DNA of 64,000 nt, taken from assembly GCA_013239625.1 (NCBI GenBank), contig MU054187.1:8032358-8096357 (forward strand), written 5' to 3'. The stretch is from Lama guanicoe (Eukaryota). Below, in pieces: positions 38,771 to 50,625 of this stretch. The notes beneath the pieces are model-generated. The model was not told the DNA's origin and ran no database searches. It saw only the letters and a program-made list of their open reading frames with translations. The translations under genes and the position numbers were made by a program. Position 1 is the first letter of the stretch, and each line of letters opens with the position of its first letter.

Positions 38771-39865
38771 AAGGCAGGCTTGCATTTAAATCATGTGCAA
38801 CAAAATCTGTGATTTTAAAGAGGTCATATCTAAAACAGAGGAAGGCTCACACCCAAATTATGATCCAGAGCTATACAACATTTCAAAAACACAGCAATAA
38901 TGTTGTTAAAGGTGTAATAAAGATGGTGGAGAGGCAGGATGATTGCCCTAAACAGTACTGGCTTCCTTTCTCAAGTTAGGGTTCATTTACTGAATTCCTC
39001 TAATTACAGGGACCTGACACTGCAGCATCAGCCCTTTCTTTGGCAATGGCTGCAATTCACAGTGCTCCGTGGAGTGACAGATGCTCCACAGTATTTCCCA
39101 GGATCTCTGGAGTCATGTTATCATTCAGCCCACAGACGCATCCATCCTCCATCGCTGTAAGAATACTTGAAACCTCTCTGAAAGTTTGTGTAAAGATCTC
39201 ACACGGGGTTCCTGCCAGTGACAGACCAAAGGTGGCTGTGCTATTCTTCCAGGTCTCTGTAGACATCCCTCTCTGTGGTGACACCTCATCACCTGACTGA
39301 TACCCAGCTTCGTGCTGGGCACTTTGTCTCTTGGTGGGTGTGGTCGCAAGAAGGAAACCATGAGTTTGGTGGTGGTCTGGGTAAGATATGCCCACAGTGA
39401 ATTATTGTGAGTGCAGAAAAATTTCTTATATCATACCAGCCAAATGTCTCTGGATACTAACTACATCCTGAGTGATAAGTGTTCCTCCAATGACCTTTAC
39501 ACCAGAGTTGACTGTCATTAGGAATCCTCGCAGGTTATCTAATGTAACAACATGGAGAAGGAAAAAGATTGACATGTAAACCCCAGATTTAATTAACAAT
39601 CACTCAGGATACAAAATGTACCAGGTTCTTTGAAGGTGCTTCCACACATATTGTTTCATTTAATCCTCATAACTCTGTTAGTTTGCATTTTTTCCATTTT
39701 TATCAACTAAGAGATTTAAGTAAGTAAAAGCTTCCCTTGGCCCTTAGAGGTGGGGTGGACGTTATCTGAACTTCCCTTAGCACCTCCTGCATATTCTGTT
39801 GAAACTTTTATCCCGGGCACCACAGTTGTCATGTCATCACCAACACCCTCCTTCTCAGCATCACA

Positions 39866-40085
39866 AGGTGAGCACTTGCTATGAGCCAGTTACATAATCT
39901 CATTTAATTTAATCTTCACAACAGCCCTCTCAAGTAGGTATTTTTATTCTGATATAAACAGGTAAGAAAACATATTTGAGAACTTAAGCGACTTTCACAA
40001 GTTCACACAGCTGTGAGAGGTACGGGCAGCTGTGACACCAAGTCCTCTGCCTCCAAAACCGTGCTCTTAACCACCGGGCTGCACC
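39866..40085 (-). mobile_element. MIR SINE relic
   Basis: gagcacttgctatgagccag...ttaatcttcacaacagccct...aagttcacacagct...gtgctcttaaccac. Confidence 0.8.
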
Positions 40086-40329
40086 TACTCTGGCTGATTT
40101 CCTTCTCTGTCTACTTCACTGAACTGTCAATTGACTGAAAGCAGGAAGCAGACATCATTCAGTTTAAAAACTTCGTAACAGGTGCTCAGTATGTGTTTGC
40201 TGAATTATCTGAAACCTGCTTCCAAGCTTACCTTCTTTGCCAGACTTACTATCCAATCTTGAGAAACTATCTGAACCATTACGAGTTTTCAGGAGAAGAA
40301 GACACAAGCCAAAATTTTAAATAGAACCT

Positions 40330-41170
40330 GGAGTTAAGTAGAGAAGGAAGAGGGTAAGCATTTCTAGAAGAGAATGTGGCATGGTACATTCAGGGAACAG
40401 CCTGTAAACAAGCATGTCTGGAATAAAGGGAGGGTGTGGGTGGGTGGAGGGAAATGAGATCAGAGCTGCAGACAAAAGACAGATCATTCACTCTCTGGTG
40501 TGCTAAGCCGAATGCCTTAATTCTTTTTGCTTTTCTAAATGGTCTAGGAATCAAATGAAGGATTTAAGCAGGGAGTAACATGATCCCGTTTTGCATGTTA
40601 GAAAAATTACTCCCATGGTAATATAAAGAATGGATAAGAGGACAATATTGGAATGACCTAGGCAAGAAATTGATGATTAGAGTCAGAACTAACAAGGCGG
40701 TGGCAGTGGGTACGGGAGATGGAGAACTGTGGTAGAGACAGATATCAAGATGCAATCTAAGGAACGCCACGACAGGGTGGGTACGGAAAACAGGGAAGAG
40801 TCAAAGACGACTCCGAGATTTCCAGCTTGGGTGTCAGTGTGGCTGTTGGGAGATATTCACAGAAAGACTTCTAGGAAAGAGAGGTTTCTGGAGCAAAATA
40901 ATGAGTTTTCAGTTTTGGATACGAATGAGGTAGAGAGAGAAATAAATCTTAGCTGCACAGACATTTTTGGGCTGGATACAAAGTTGCCCACCTAAAGAGC
41001 AGGGGCGCAGGGGACTTAACTCTTTTGGGAAAACTTGTAATTCACAGTTAAGTGAAGAGGAGCCCAAAGACCAGACTGAATCGTCTGAAAATAACTGAGG
41101 AGGAGAAACTTTCGAAAGGTGGCATGATTAAAGGTGCTGGATGCTGCAAACAGATCAAAATCGAAAATAA
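40330..41170 (-). mobile_element. LINE-2 fragment
   Basis: gaaggatttaagcagggagtaacatgatcccgttttgcatgttagaaa...gagtcaaagacgactccgagatttccagcttgggt. Confidence 0.8.
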
Positions 41171-42439
41171 AAGGACTCCTGTGACCCCTGCTCTATGTCA
41201 CAGGCCTTTAAGACGATCTAACATTACTTCAGCATGTGGTTTCTCCCCTCCTGCACTGGACAAGGTAAAGGTAATTATTTTCTGTGGACTAAGACATTCT
41301 CAGAGGTAAGGAGCTCATGAAGCAAGTGCTTTCCTCCTTACCTCCCCTTCCCCAAGGGCTACACTTTGTCATACAAATGGAAACTTGTCACGAAAAGAAA
41401 ATGTATCTTCGGGGATGGATGAGGCTGCAGGAGTCAGGGGGATCCTTTCATATACATGAGATGATTACAAACAAGTATGAATATCTGTACATGTGAACTT
41501 CAATGTCTTTTAGCATTTCCTGACACCTTCTCTCTGATTTGCTTTCCCTGTAATTGCATCCTCCCAAAATGAAATGATAACCCTGATATATCAAACATGA
41601 CGGCCTGATCGGCTCTTTTTTCCCCCTTCTTCTCTTCCCTTTTCAAATATTTACATGCAGTTGAAAATCTGATTGTCCATTAAGATCGTAATTAGTCTCA
41701 AGAGTTAGCTTTAACAAAACACAAAATACATGTAGGAGAAAATACTAATTCTACTGGATTCGCACCAAGATCTGTTTGCTACTCTCCTTCAAACAGTCCT
41801 GCCAGCGCAGATGTCATCCCAGATGACTTATCACTTCAAAAATGACAGCTGGACAGGCATAGAATATCTCACATCTGTTTACAATGTATTTATATATCGT
41901 TAACACTTTAAAAATAATTGGGGAAAATAATACATTGGGGAAATATGCTGTGTTATTCTTAAACTTTAATTCAAAAGATTTCAGCAGATACAGGAAAATA
42001 ATAGTAGAATGATGTGCCTCTACTTGGGAAATGTTGAAAAACCTTGGCAAGGTCACATAGGCAATAAGTGGTGGAGTTAAAATTAAGGCCAACAGCCACG
42101 CCCTTAACCACTACTGTTAAGTTCTTGCACACAGATGCTTTATGCTCACATCCATCAGGTGAAAAGACCCAGGTAAAATATCTTGTCATAGAAAACTCTG
42201 TCAAAAAAAGAAAGTTCAAGAAAAATCAGAAAACTTCCTCTCTCAAATTACTAAGTGGGTACTGTTCACATGTTTCTCAAACTAGAAACGCTGGCATATT
42301 CATCAATTACTTCTTCACTCCCGTCCACATGCAAAGAGGTGACCAGATCTTATCAGCGTTATCTTCAAATGACTTCTGAATGTTACTACAATATTTTATC
42401 TCTACGCTGGATATCACATGATAAATATTCTCAGTCCTT

Positions 42440-43330
42440 AAAAAAATAAACAGATAAATGACAAGAAACCTCACCATTGACTTGCCAGCTGTCAAACCAT
42501 GTCTCGGCTCCTCTTCACAATAAACGCCCTCAAAATGGCATTCGTAATCACTGACTCTACTCTCAACCTCCCGATTCCTTTTGAACAAATGACTCTCATG
42601 CTCTGGTCTACCATTCCACCAAAATACTGAGATCACCTCTCTGATGCTAAATCTAATGGCCAATTTTCAGTCCTAATATTTCTCAATCCATCGGCAACTT
42701 TGTCAGAGATGATCACTCCCCGTTTTTCCAAACACTGTCTGCACTTGGCCTCTGAGACACCACACCCTCCTCCCACTCCTTCTGTCTTCTGTGTTCATTG
42801 CTACTAATTTCTCCAACTTCTGAAGGTTTGGTTATGCCAACTCTGCCCTTGATCTTTTGGCTCCCCTACTTCTACCACTACCTAGGTGACACTATATAGT
42901 CTCATGACTTAAAATACTATCTACATGCTAATGAGGTCTAAATTTTCACGTCCAGTCTAGGCGTCACCTCTCCCTCACCTCCAGATTTCTGTATCCAACT
43001 GCTTCTTCAGCTTCTCCGTTTAGGCATCTAATAGACATCTCAAACGTCCATAGCAGAACTCCTGATTTTGCTGCAGAACTGCTCCCCCACAAGTCTCCGT
43101 CAAGTATATTCAATGGATATTCTAATTTCCTCACATGGCTATTCAAATTTCTCAGGTCAATAACCTCAGAGCTACCCTAATTCCTTTCTTTCCATCACAC
43201 TTAAATCAAATCTACCCACATAGTATGCCTGCTTTATATCCAGTCATATCCAGAATCTGACTGCCTGGCCTAAGCCACCACCACCTTCTGCGGGGATTGC
43301 ACGAACCTCCTAATTGTTTCCCTGCTTCTA
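42440..43330 (+). mobile_element. LINE-2 fragment
   Basis: tgctaaatctaatggccaattttcagtcct...ccagatttctgtatccaactgc...taatagacatctcaaac. Confidence 0.8.
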
Positions 43331-44261
43331 GAATCTAATATTTATTGCTTCTTCCCTCTTTGCCAGTCTCCCTATTAAGCTATTTGAAAATAAGTCTTGG
43401 ATCTTCAGAGACCGTCTCCTTCAAATGACATCTCAAATAGCTTAGGGTCCCCTGTGGCAACTGCACACGTGCCACATACATGATTTGTACCTGTTATCAG
43501 ACTCACAAACTAACTTGATCATCCTCAGACTACACTTAACTTTGTCTTTTTGCTACACTGCCTTTTCCACTCTGCCTTGACAGTGAAGAGGTATGAAGAA
43601 AAGTATATGGAGTTAAGAACAGTGGAGACCAAGGATGTCTATCCCGAATGTCCAAATTTTACATCTATAGATTCCCAGCTGGGCTAAAGAGAAGCAAACA
43701 AACAAACAGTAACAACAAAACCAGCCACCTCTCTTCTGGAACTGATGATCAGTAGCCCCATCTCTACGTATCTTCCTTAATTGGGAAGAACAGAAGAAAG
43801 CAACAGCTTCCTGGACTCTAACGAGTGAAATAGAATCCAGGAGCCCAGCTAGGAATATAAGACGCAAGGGAGACGAGGAACACGAACTGAGAGAGGACGG
43901 GAAGAAAGAGCGTTTAAAAAGCCAGTACTTGATGGGTTCTCACTTTTTTCCTACAAACAGTAATTCTCTTTGAAATTAGGTTCTATAATCCTGCTAGAAA
44001 GCCTTTAATTTAAAACAAACTAGTGAAGAAGTAGGGGGAAAAACCGTCTAATGATAATTAAAGGATTCAAGCATATCAAGAGAATCGTTTCTTCTATAAA
44101 ACTTGCATTTTCTGCAATAAATCTGTATTCATAGAGTTGCTCTAAAGTATTTCAGCATTTAATGTCATTTTAAATTACTGAACAAAGAAGTTTTAGGCAG
44201 TAGAAAATCAGCACATATACCCACAGTAAAATAATAGTTAAATATAAATACAAAAAACACA

Positions 44262-44727
44262 TGCAGGACACAGCCATCCCCCTGCTCCTTCTTTCTGGCA
44301 GGGATAGCACCTAGGATGGAGACCGAAAGACCAGACTCGCTTTCTCAGTCTCCGGTGCAGCTAGAGCAAGGGTGTGTGACCCATCTGGATGCAAAGGCCT
44401 TGCAGGGAAGTCTGCTGGGCGAGGGGGTCTGGGGGAGGAGTGCAGCATTCCGAGATGCTTAACTCTGTATTCGGCGTGGATGGGAGGATGTGATGCTGGG
44501 GGCTGCTGCAGGCAGCCTGACCACGGTGAGTAGTGACATCACTGTCTCACTGAGGATGACAGACCGGAAGGATGGTGAGAGCCTGAGTCCTCCCTGACTT
44601 CAACAGGCCACTGAGCTACTCCACCGCCCACTCCTTGTTAGGCAGAGAGTCACCCACTCTTACTGCTTAAGTCCCTTGAAGTTCAGGTATTTTGTTACAC
44701 TAAGTAGTCAGAAGCAACCTGCCTACT
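44262..44727 (+). mobile_element. ERVL solo LTR, LTR16/LTR33-like
   Basis: ttctcagtctccggtgcagctagagcaagggtgtgtgacc...gatgtgatgctgggggctgctgcag...ctgcttaag...ttttgttac. Confidence 0.65.
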
Positions 44728-44964
44728 AAGGAGTCGAACTACGCACTTAGGCCAGAGCTTCAAGCTGTCAAGTTTCTAGTAAGCAAGGGCCTTTCACTTG
44801 CTGTTGATAAATTTATTTCTGTCTCAAGATAAACAATGATTCCTACCTATTTTAGATTAAACATTAAATGTATTTAAGGTGGTTTTAGACATAAAACTAA
44901 GTGACAGACAGTGTGATGAATAAGTTTATCATGGCTCTTGGTGGGATGTAGCTATTGGAGTAGA

Positions 44965-45205
44965 TTAGGGTTTCCCAAAGTGTTTCTTGGAAGGTTAGTT
45001 CCTAAAGATGCCCTCAAAGAAAGTCAGTTTCATGGCCTTGTAAGTTTAGGGCATGTTTCTTATCATAACCTGCTATTGAGGTTCAGGTGTATATTAAAAA
45101 TAAAGACACTGAGAAGCCCAACAGTTTAAAAACAAACAAAAAGAATTAATTTTATCCTGTAATTTCTACAATTTTTTTTCAGAGAACATCTATTAACATC
45201 CCCAA
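44965..45205 (+). mobile_element. MER103-like hAT-Charlie fragment
   Basis: tagggtttcccaaagtgtttc...tatattaaaaataaagacactgagaagccc. Confidence 0.55.
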
Positions 45206-45873
45206 AACCTAGCTGACTTAAGCTCCCAAATCCTACAATTAGAGATACTTGCTGGTAACTCAGAATGTCCACACATACACCTGCAGTCGACTGGGAGGTT
45301 TCTGAGGGCAGACTGTGAATAAGGGGGTGCCTCACAGGGTTTACTCCCAACATACAAGCACACAGCATACACATTTCACTCAGGACAACGGCTTCCCAAA
45401 TCTCTCAGTACACCCGCCTACGGGATATAGGAAATCAGAGATGGTCAGGCTCCACTGACAAGTGGGCTATCTTGCAGAGAGACTTCTGACACTGCCAATC
45501 ATCCAGGTTCTGTCCCCAACATACTGCTCAACTATCAAATTCAGGGCAATCACTCCAGCTCTCTGGGCCTCAGTTTCTCAGTTTCTTAAGCTCTGTAAAA
45601 CTGAACTCTGATGTTCAACATTCATTATCTGGCATGGGTGAAATTTTCAGTCTGTGGCTAGTTAGTTCAACTGATTCGTTTGTGTTCCCAATAATGCCAA
45701 GTTTGAGAATTAAATCTGATTTATCAGATAACTCAAAAGTTCATAACATGTCAAAAATAAATATTCCCCTCTTTTTTATTAGAAGACGAATTCCATCATA
45801 GGGTTGCTTGGAAAATACTGAAACAGAAGATAAAATTTCAAATACGCTTTTCTTTAAAAAATGATTGGGTTAA

Positions 45874-46034
45874 GAGAGAGGATATAGCTCAGTGGTAGAG
45901 TGTCTGCTTAGCATGTATGAGGTCCTGGGTTCAATCCCATTTAAAAAATAAATGAACTTTTTAACCTCCATTAAAAAAATAATTAATTAATTAAAGAAAT
46001 AAACCTCCTCTCCCCCCCCCAAAAAATTTTTTTT
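45874..46034 (+). mobile_element. tRNA-derived SINE, camelid Vic-1 type
   Basis: Pol III A box tagctcagtgg (45885-45895) and B box ggttcaatcc (45928-45937); AT-rich tail; TSD aaatgattgggttaa (45859-45873) / aaatgaataggttaa (46035-46049). Confidence 0.9.
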
Positions 46035-46045
46035 AAATGAATAGG

Positions 46046-46425
46046 TTAATGAGAGCAGAGTTTTAACTTGTGAAGATAATGAAGCTCTGGAGATGGACAG
46101 TGGTGATGGATGCACAAAAATGTGAACGTATTTAACTATACATGCCAGTAAACTACACATTTCAAAATGGTAAAATAGTAAATTTATACTACGTATATTT
46201 TACCAAAATTTAACAAAATAAGTGGAACATTATTGTGAAATTATGTTTTATTCCTCTGTCTCTTAACATATGAGAAAAATGACAGAAACTGATTTTGCAG
46301 CAACTGAATGTTCACATGCAAAAGAATACAACTGGAACCTTATCTTTCACCACACGCAAACATCCACTCAGAATGGATTAAAGACTTAAATGTAAGACCT
46401 GAAACTGTAAAACTCCTGGAAGAGT
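46046..46425 (+). mobile_element. L1MB-like 3' UTR fragment followed by an L1 ORF2 fragment
   Basis: ctggagatggacagtggtgatggatgcacaa...atattttacca; tggattaaagacttaaatgtaagacctgaaactgtaaaactcctggaaga. Confidence 0.75.
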
Positions 46426-49224
46426 TCATCGCTTAAAAGAAAAAATGTATAGAGATTACTGAATGTGTCATTAGTTCCTTAAGGACGGGGCCATATTTAC
46501 CATTTCTGTAATTTACAGAACTTAGAAGAGTGGCAACAGCATCCTGGATGTTCACAGAGAGCTGATTAATAAAGAATTCACAAGAAGTTGACCTCGATTT
46601 AAACTGAACCACCAGGCTTCAATGAAGTCAGCATCCAGTGAGACCCCTGATCACTCACCTTGCGTGGTGATGGTGGGGGCTCTTCCTTTTCACTTACTAT
46701 TTAATTTACTGACTGGTTCGCCTCTATAAATTCTGGAGAAACCTCGTATTTGTATTTCATGGTAATTTGCAAAAGAAAATTCCTCTAAAACCTCAGTTCC
46801 AGAGGTTTTAATAATAACAGCATCAGCTCATCACTTTTACACTGTGAATGTAATTCTTTTTTAAATGCCCGAGAAAAATTTATACTGACTCTGTAAAAGG
46901 ACGAGTGTCGGCCAAGCCAGCCACTTTAAAGTCATCAGCTGTTCTTCAGAGTACCCAGGAGACCTTCAACCGATGTGTTACCGCATAACAGCAAATCGGT
47001 GAACATCAGTTAAGAAATACTCGGTATAGCTCCGAAGTTTTGTCACTTGTCTTTGAGATTCTTTGTGCTTCCTATAAGACAGTGTGTTCCTACTATCCAC
47101 TACATCATGCTCCCTCCATGGCTTACACTTTGAGCAGCAAAATTTATAAAAATGCCCTGGCTTCAACTGACAAATATATAAGACAACGAGAGAACCAGGG
47201 CTATTCAAATTTAGCAGAATAAAAATTGTTAACAAGATTGAACTCCTCAGTTACAGGTTATAGGAAAACAAGTGGCAGCTCTGGCCCACTCCTGAACTTG
47301 TGCCCCCACCCACCTCTGGAAATATGTTTGCTGGTTAATTTGTCAGGATTGTCCTCCAACAAAGAACCCCTTTTTATTGGCAGGTGCAGACAAAGCTTGG
47401 AAAAGCTACACAAAAAGGACTCAATAAAAAAAGAGAGATGGCCTTGCTGAGAAGGTAGTTCTTTCTGATTTTCTGTAATAGACTTCACTTTGCCATGAAA
47501 TTAAATTTATAGTATATCTGCTAGACACTGGGACTCCAGCAAAGCTTCGCTATTCCCTGACTTGACATTAAAGCAGGCATTTTCATGGGGAGGCCATTTC
47601 AAGCCAAATAACTGGTTATGTGAACCATTTACAGAAAGCTTTGATTTAAAAAGAAAATGGATATGGGGCTGCCATTTCCAGAAACGGGTAGTATACAGTC
47701 ACACATTCAAATTTTGTTTTCCTTTGAGAATATTCCTAAAAAGACAGATGTAACATTAGACAATGAGAAGCTTTGGGGCCTACTACAATACCTCTGTGGT
47801 TGTTATTCTGACTCAGAACCTAGCGTTTATCAGGTGGCAGGCCACAAATGGAACAGCGAAATTGTATTTCAATGGCGGTGATCCCATCATAATAAAAGTC
47901 CAGCCTGTGGCGTCAGCTCTGGAGTGGGCACGGCCTCAGGCGGCATGGAGGGCCCCCCATCAGTGAAGGGGTCTACATTGAGAAAACACTCACTCCTGAG
48001 CCTGAGGAAACGACCAGCCACACACAGCGTCCTGTGAAACAGGAGCTGAGACGGACCTACTGGGTTTTGGGCTCCTACTGTGGCATCAATTTTCTATTTA
48101 TGCAACCAATTTTAAAGTTAACAGAAACAGAAGAATTCATAAGTCAAATCAATTTTGGGGAAAAACTTTCCGGGATCAAGGTGGGGGAAGGTGGGGAAGA
48201 ACACATTACATACACGATCACATGTGATTATCAGAGAACACTCTAGGTCTTATTGAAGGCTCCCAAGAGACAGCATCAGAAGGTTCAATCCTGCCTACAA
48301 AGCATAACAAGAAGAAATAGTTGATTAATTAAACTGTTCAAAAAGTAGGCAGTTTCCTTCTGGCATGGCTCTTGGAGACTGTCTGGTTCAACTTACTGAT
48401 AAATGAAGAGGCTAAGGCTCAACTGAGTGACTTGTCCAACGACAAGCCTTTACCATGAATCCCCAACTCAATCATTCTTCTACCAGGATACACAGCTTCT
48501 AAAACAAATCTGGCAATAGTAGTAGTCACACTCAAGCCTTTGAGTCAAGCTAATTCTTGAGTTTCTAAACAGAATTTCTTTCGTTCTGAAGCATAATGGC
48601 ACCACACTCCTCTAACAATGAGTTACCTACTCCATAGCACACGACAATACAAGGGAACTGAGACATCTTAGAACACAGCCAGCTTAACACCACTAAAGCA
48701 ATGATTAACGTAATTCCTCTAGCCAGGAATTGGGTACAGAGAAGACGAATGAAAGCCAGCCGTGGCAAACTGTTTATATAAGATTAACTAAGGTGGGGTC
48801 CTCACAGCATGAAGAAACCCTTTAAACATAAGCAGTGCACAGCCTGGACCCTGGGACTGGGGCATAACTGCAGTTGGTGGGGAACAGGCCAACTCACCTG
48901 GCACGCAGGTATAATGAATGGACTTGCTCTCCTGAGAGGCAGCTTTAGACCAAACTTTGACAAAGACACGTGGGATGCAGGAGCTGGAAGGCATCTCAGC
49001 GTGGCTTTGGTTTACTACCTCATTTTGCATGTACAGAAACCAAGGCCCCACGAGGTCGCATGGTTTCCTTAAGTTCCTAGTTCACTGTGCAGATGATTGC
49101 CCTTTTACAGAGCAAGTCTAAGGCCTAGGCACCCCTTATTTAAATAAAGAACACAGAAATGAATCAAAAGAAAAATTTCAATAAACATTCGATGTGCAAA
49201 TACGTATTTAGCTCTGGATAGCTG

Positions 49225-49385
49225 ATTTGAGTCTATGTTCTATGAGTTCTGAGCTTTGTATATTTGAATCTCCATTCTTTCTTCTGTAAAATGGGGATAA
49301 CATTTTTTCATAAATAGTAAGGAACAAATGACGACTCACATTTCAAAATATTTTGAAACCATAAAGTGATGCACAAACACGACTT
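49225..49385 (+). mobile_element. MIR SINE relic
   Basis: tttcttctgtaaaatggggataa MIR core. Confidence 0.55.
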
Positions 49386-50439
49386 TTATTACCTAATCCC
49401 TTCTGGGAGAAGCCATTTTTAAAGTCATACATAATGCTATTCATGGTGAGAATGACAGGCCATAATGAAGGACATAAAGCACAAAGCATGTTCGTGGCTT
49501 TGGGAACATTATCACTTGATGTGGTCGCACAAATTCTAGCAACAAGGCTCTACTGCTGGGATTTGCAAATGTTTACAGGTACACAGCCTCAGCTGAGCGT
49601 TGATAAATCCTCCAGGTGACGTTCCCAGGAAAAAGCACATGATATGCACACAAACACAAGACTTTACATAAAATTCCAAGTATTTCCAAGAAAGCTCAAG
49701 TTAAGAACATTGTACAAAGCAAACCTCTCCATGAAAAGAGAATTATCTGCACAATCTGGAAGCCCTTTCCTTTTTTCTTTTGTTTATAAGGCACTCCAAA
49801 CATAAATCAAGTAACATTCTAAAAGTCACACTGAATTCGGGTCCCAAATACTATGTAACCTCCACCTACTTAAAATGAAAGGAATAATAGAATGCATATG
49901 ATTAGTCCAGATCAGTTTAACAAAACAGGCAAAATAAATCCCTGTAAACTTCTGAACTAGAAATCATAGATCAAAGCAGAAGGAGAAGAAACTATAATTA
50001 CAAGGAATCAATGCAGCTGGAAGTATTTTGAAAATTCTAGAACACTGAGTATGGGTAATGCATTAATTAACATTAACAAAAGTTAAAATTTGGACATTTC
50101 TTCTGTTGAATAGACAAATATCATTATTAATTTATTTCTAAGAGCCAATGAATCACATTACTCTTTACAAATTACATTTATGCATCCAACTACATATAAT
50201 GACCTGTGCACAGGTAATCCAGGACTGACTGAACCTTCACTACTTATTTCTGTCTAAAATCACCCTGTAGCTGAGTCTTAATTATTATTGTGCTTCTTGT
50301 AACTGAACGCCTCAGAATGGTCGCCTCATGTAAGAAGGCAATTTGTAAGATCTCTTCGATCTTTACTTGAAGAGTCCTTTATTATGATGATAAAGGCCCT
50401 GGAAGCCACATAATATGATGAATGGCTCAAAGAGCTCTA

Positions 50440-50625
50440 CTCACGTTATGCTGTCGTGAGCCCCTCTCTTAGCACTTCTGCCTCTGCTCTAGTTATTTGT
50501 TTATATATATCTATCTCCCCATCCTGACTGTGAGATTTTTCCAGAAAAGGGGTTGTGTTGTATTCATTTCTGTATCCATACATCTGAACATACAACTGAC
50601 ATATGGTTGATGTTCAATACATTTT
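50440..50625 (+). mobile_element. LINE-2 3' end
   Basis: gactgtgagattttccagaaaagggg...ttcatttctgtatcc...gatgttcaatacatt. Confidence 0.6.

Noticed and set aside
39057..39200. Faint resemblance of the translation to a BTB-domain core
   Set aside because: Only a loose hydrophobic pattern; diagnostic residues are missing, so no family is assigned without a profile search.
45874..45940. tRNA gene (also 60881-60950)
   Set aside because: A and B boxes are present, but the sequence continues into a SINE tail and is flanked by TSDs, so these are tRNA-derived SINEs.
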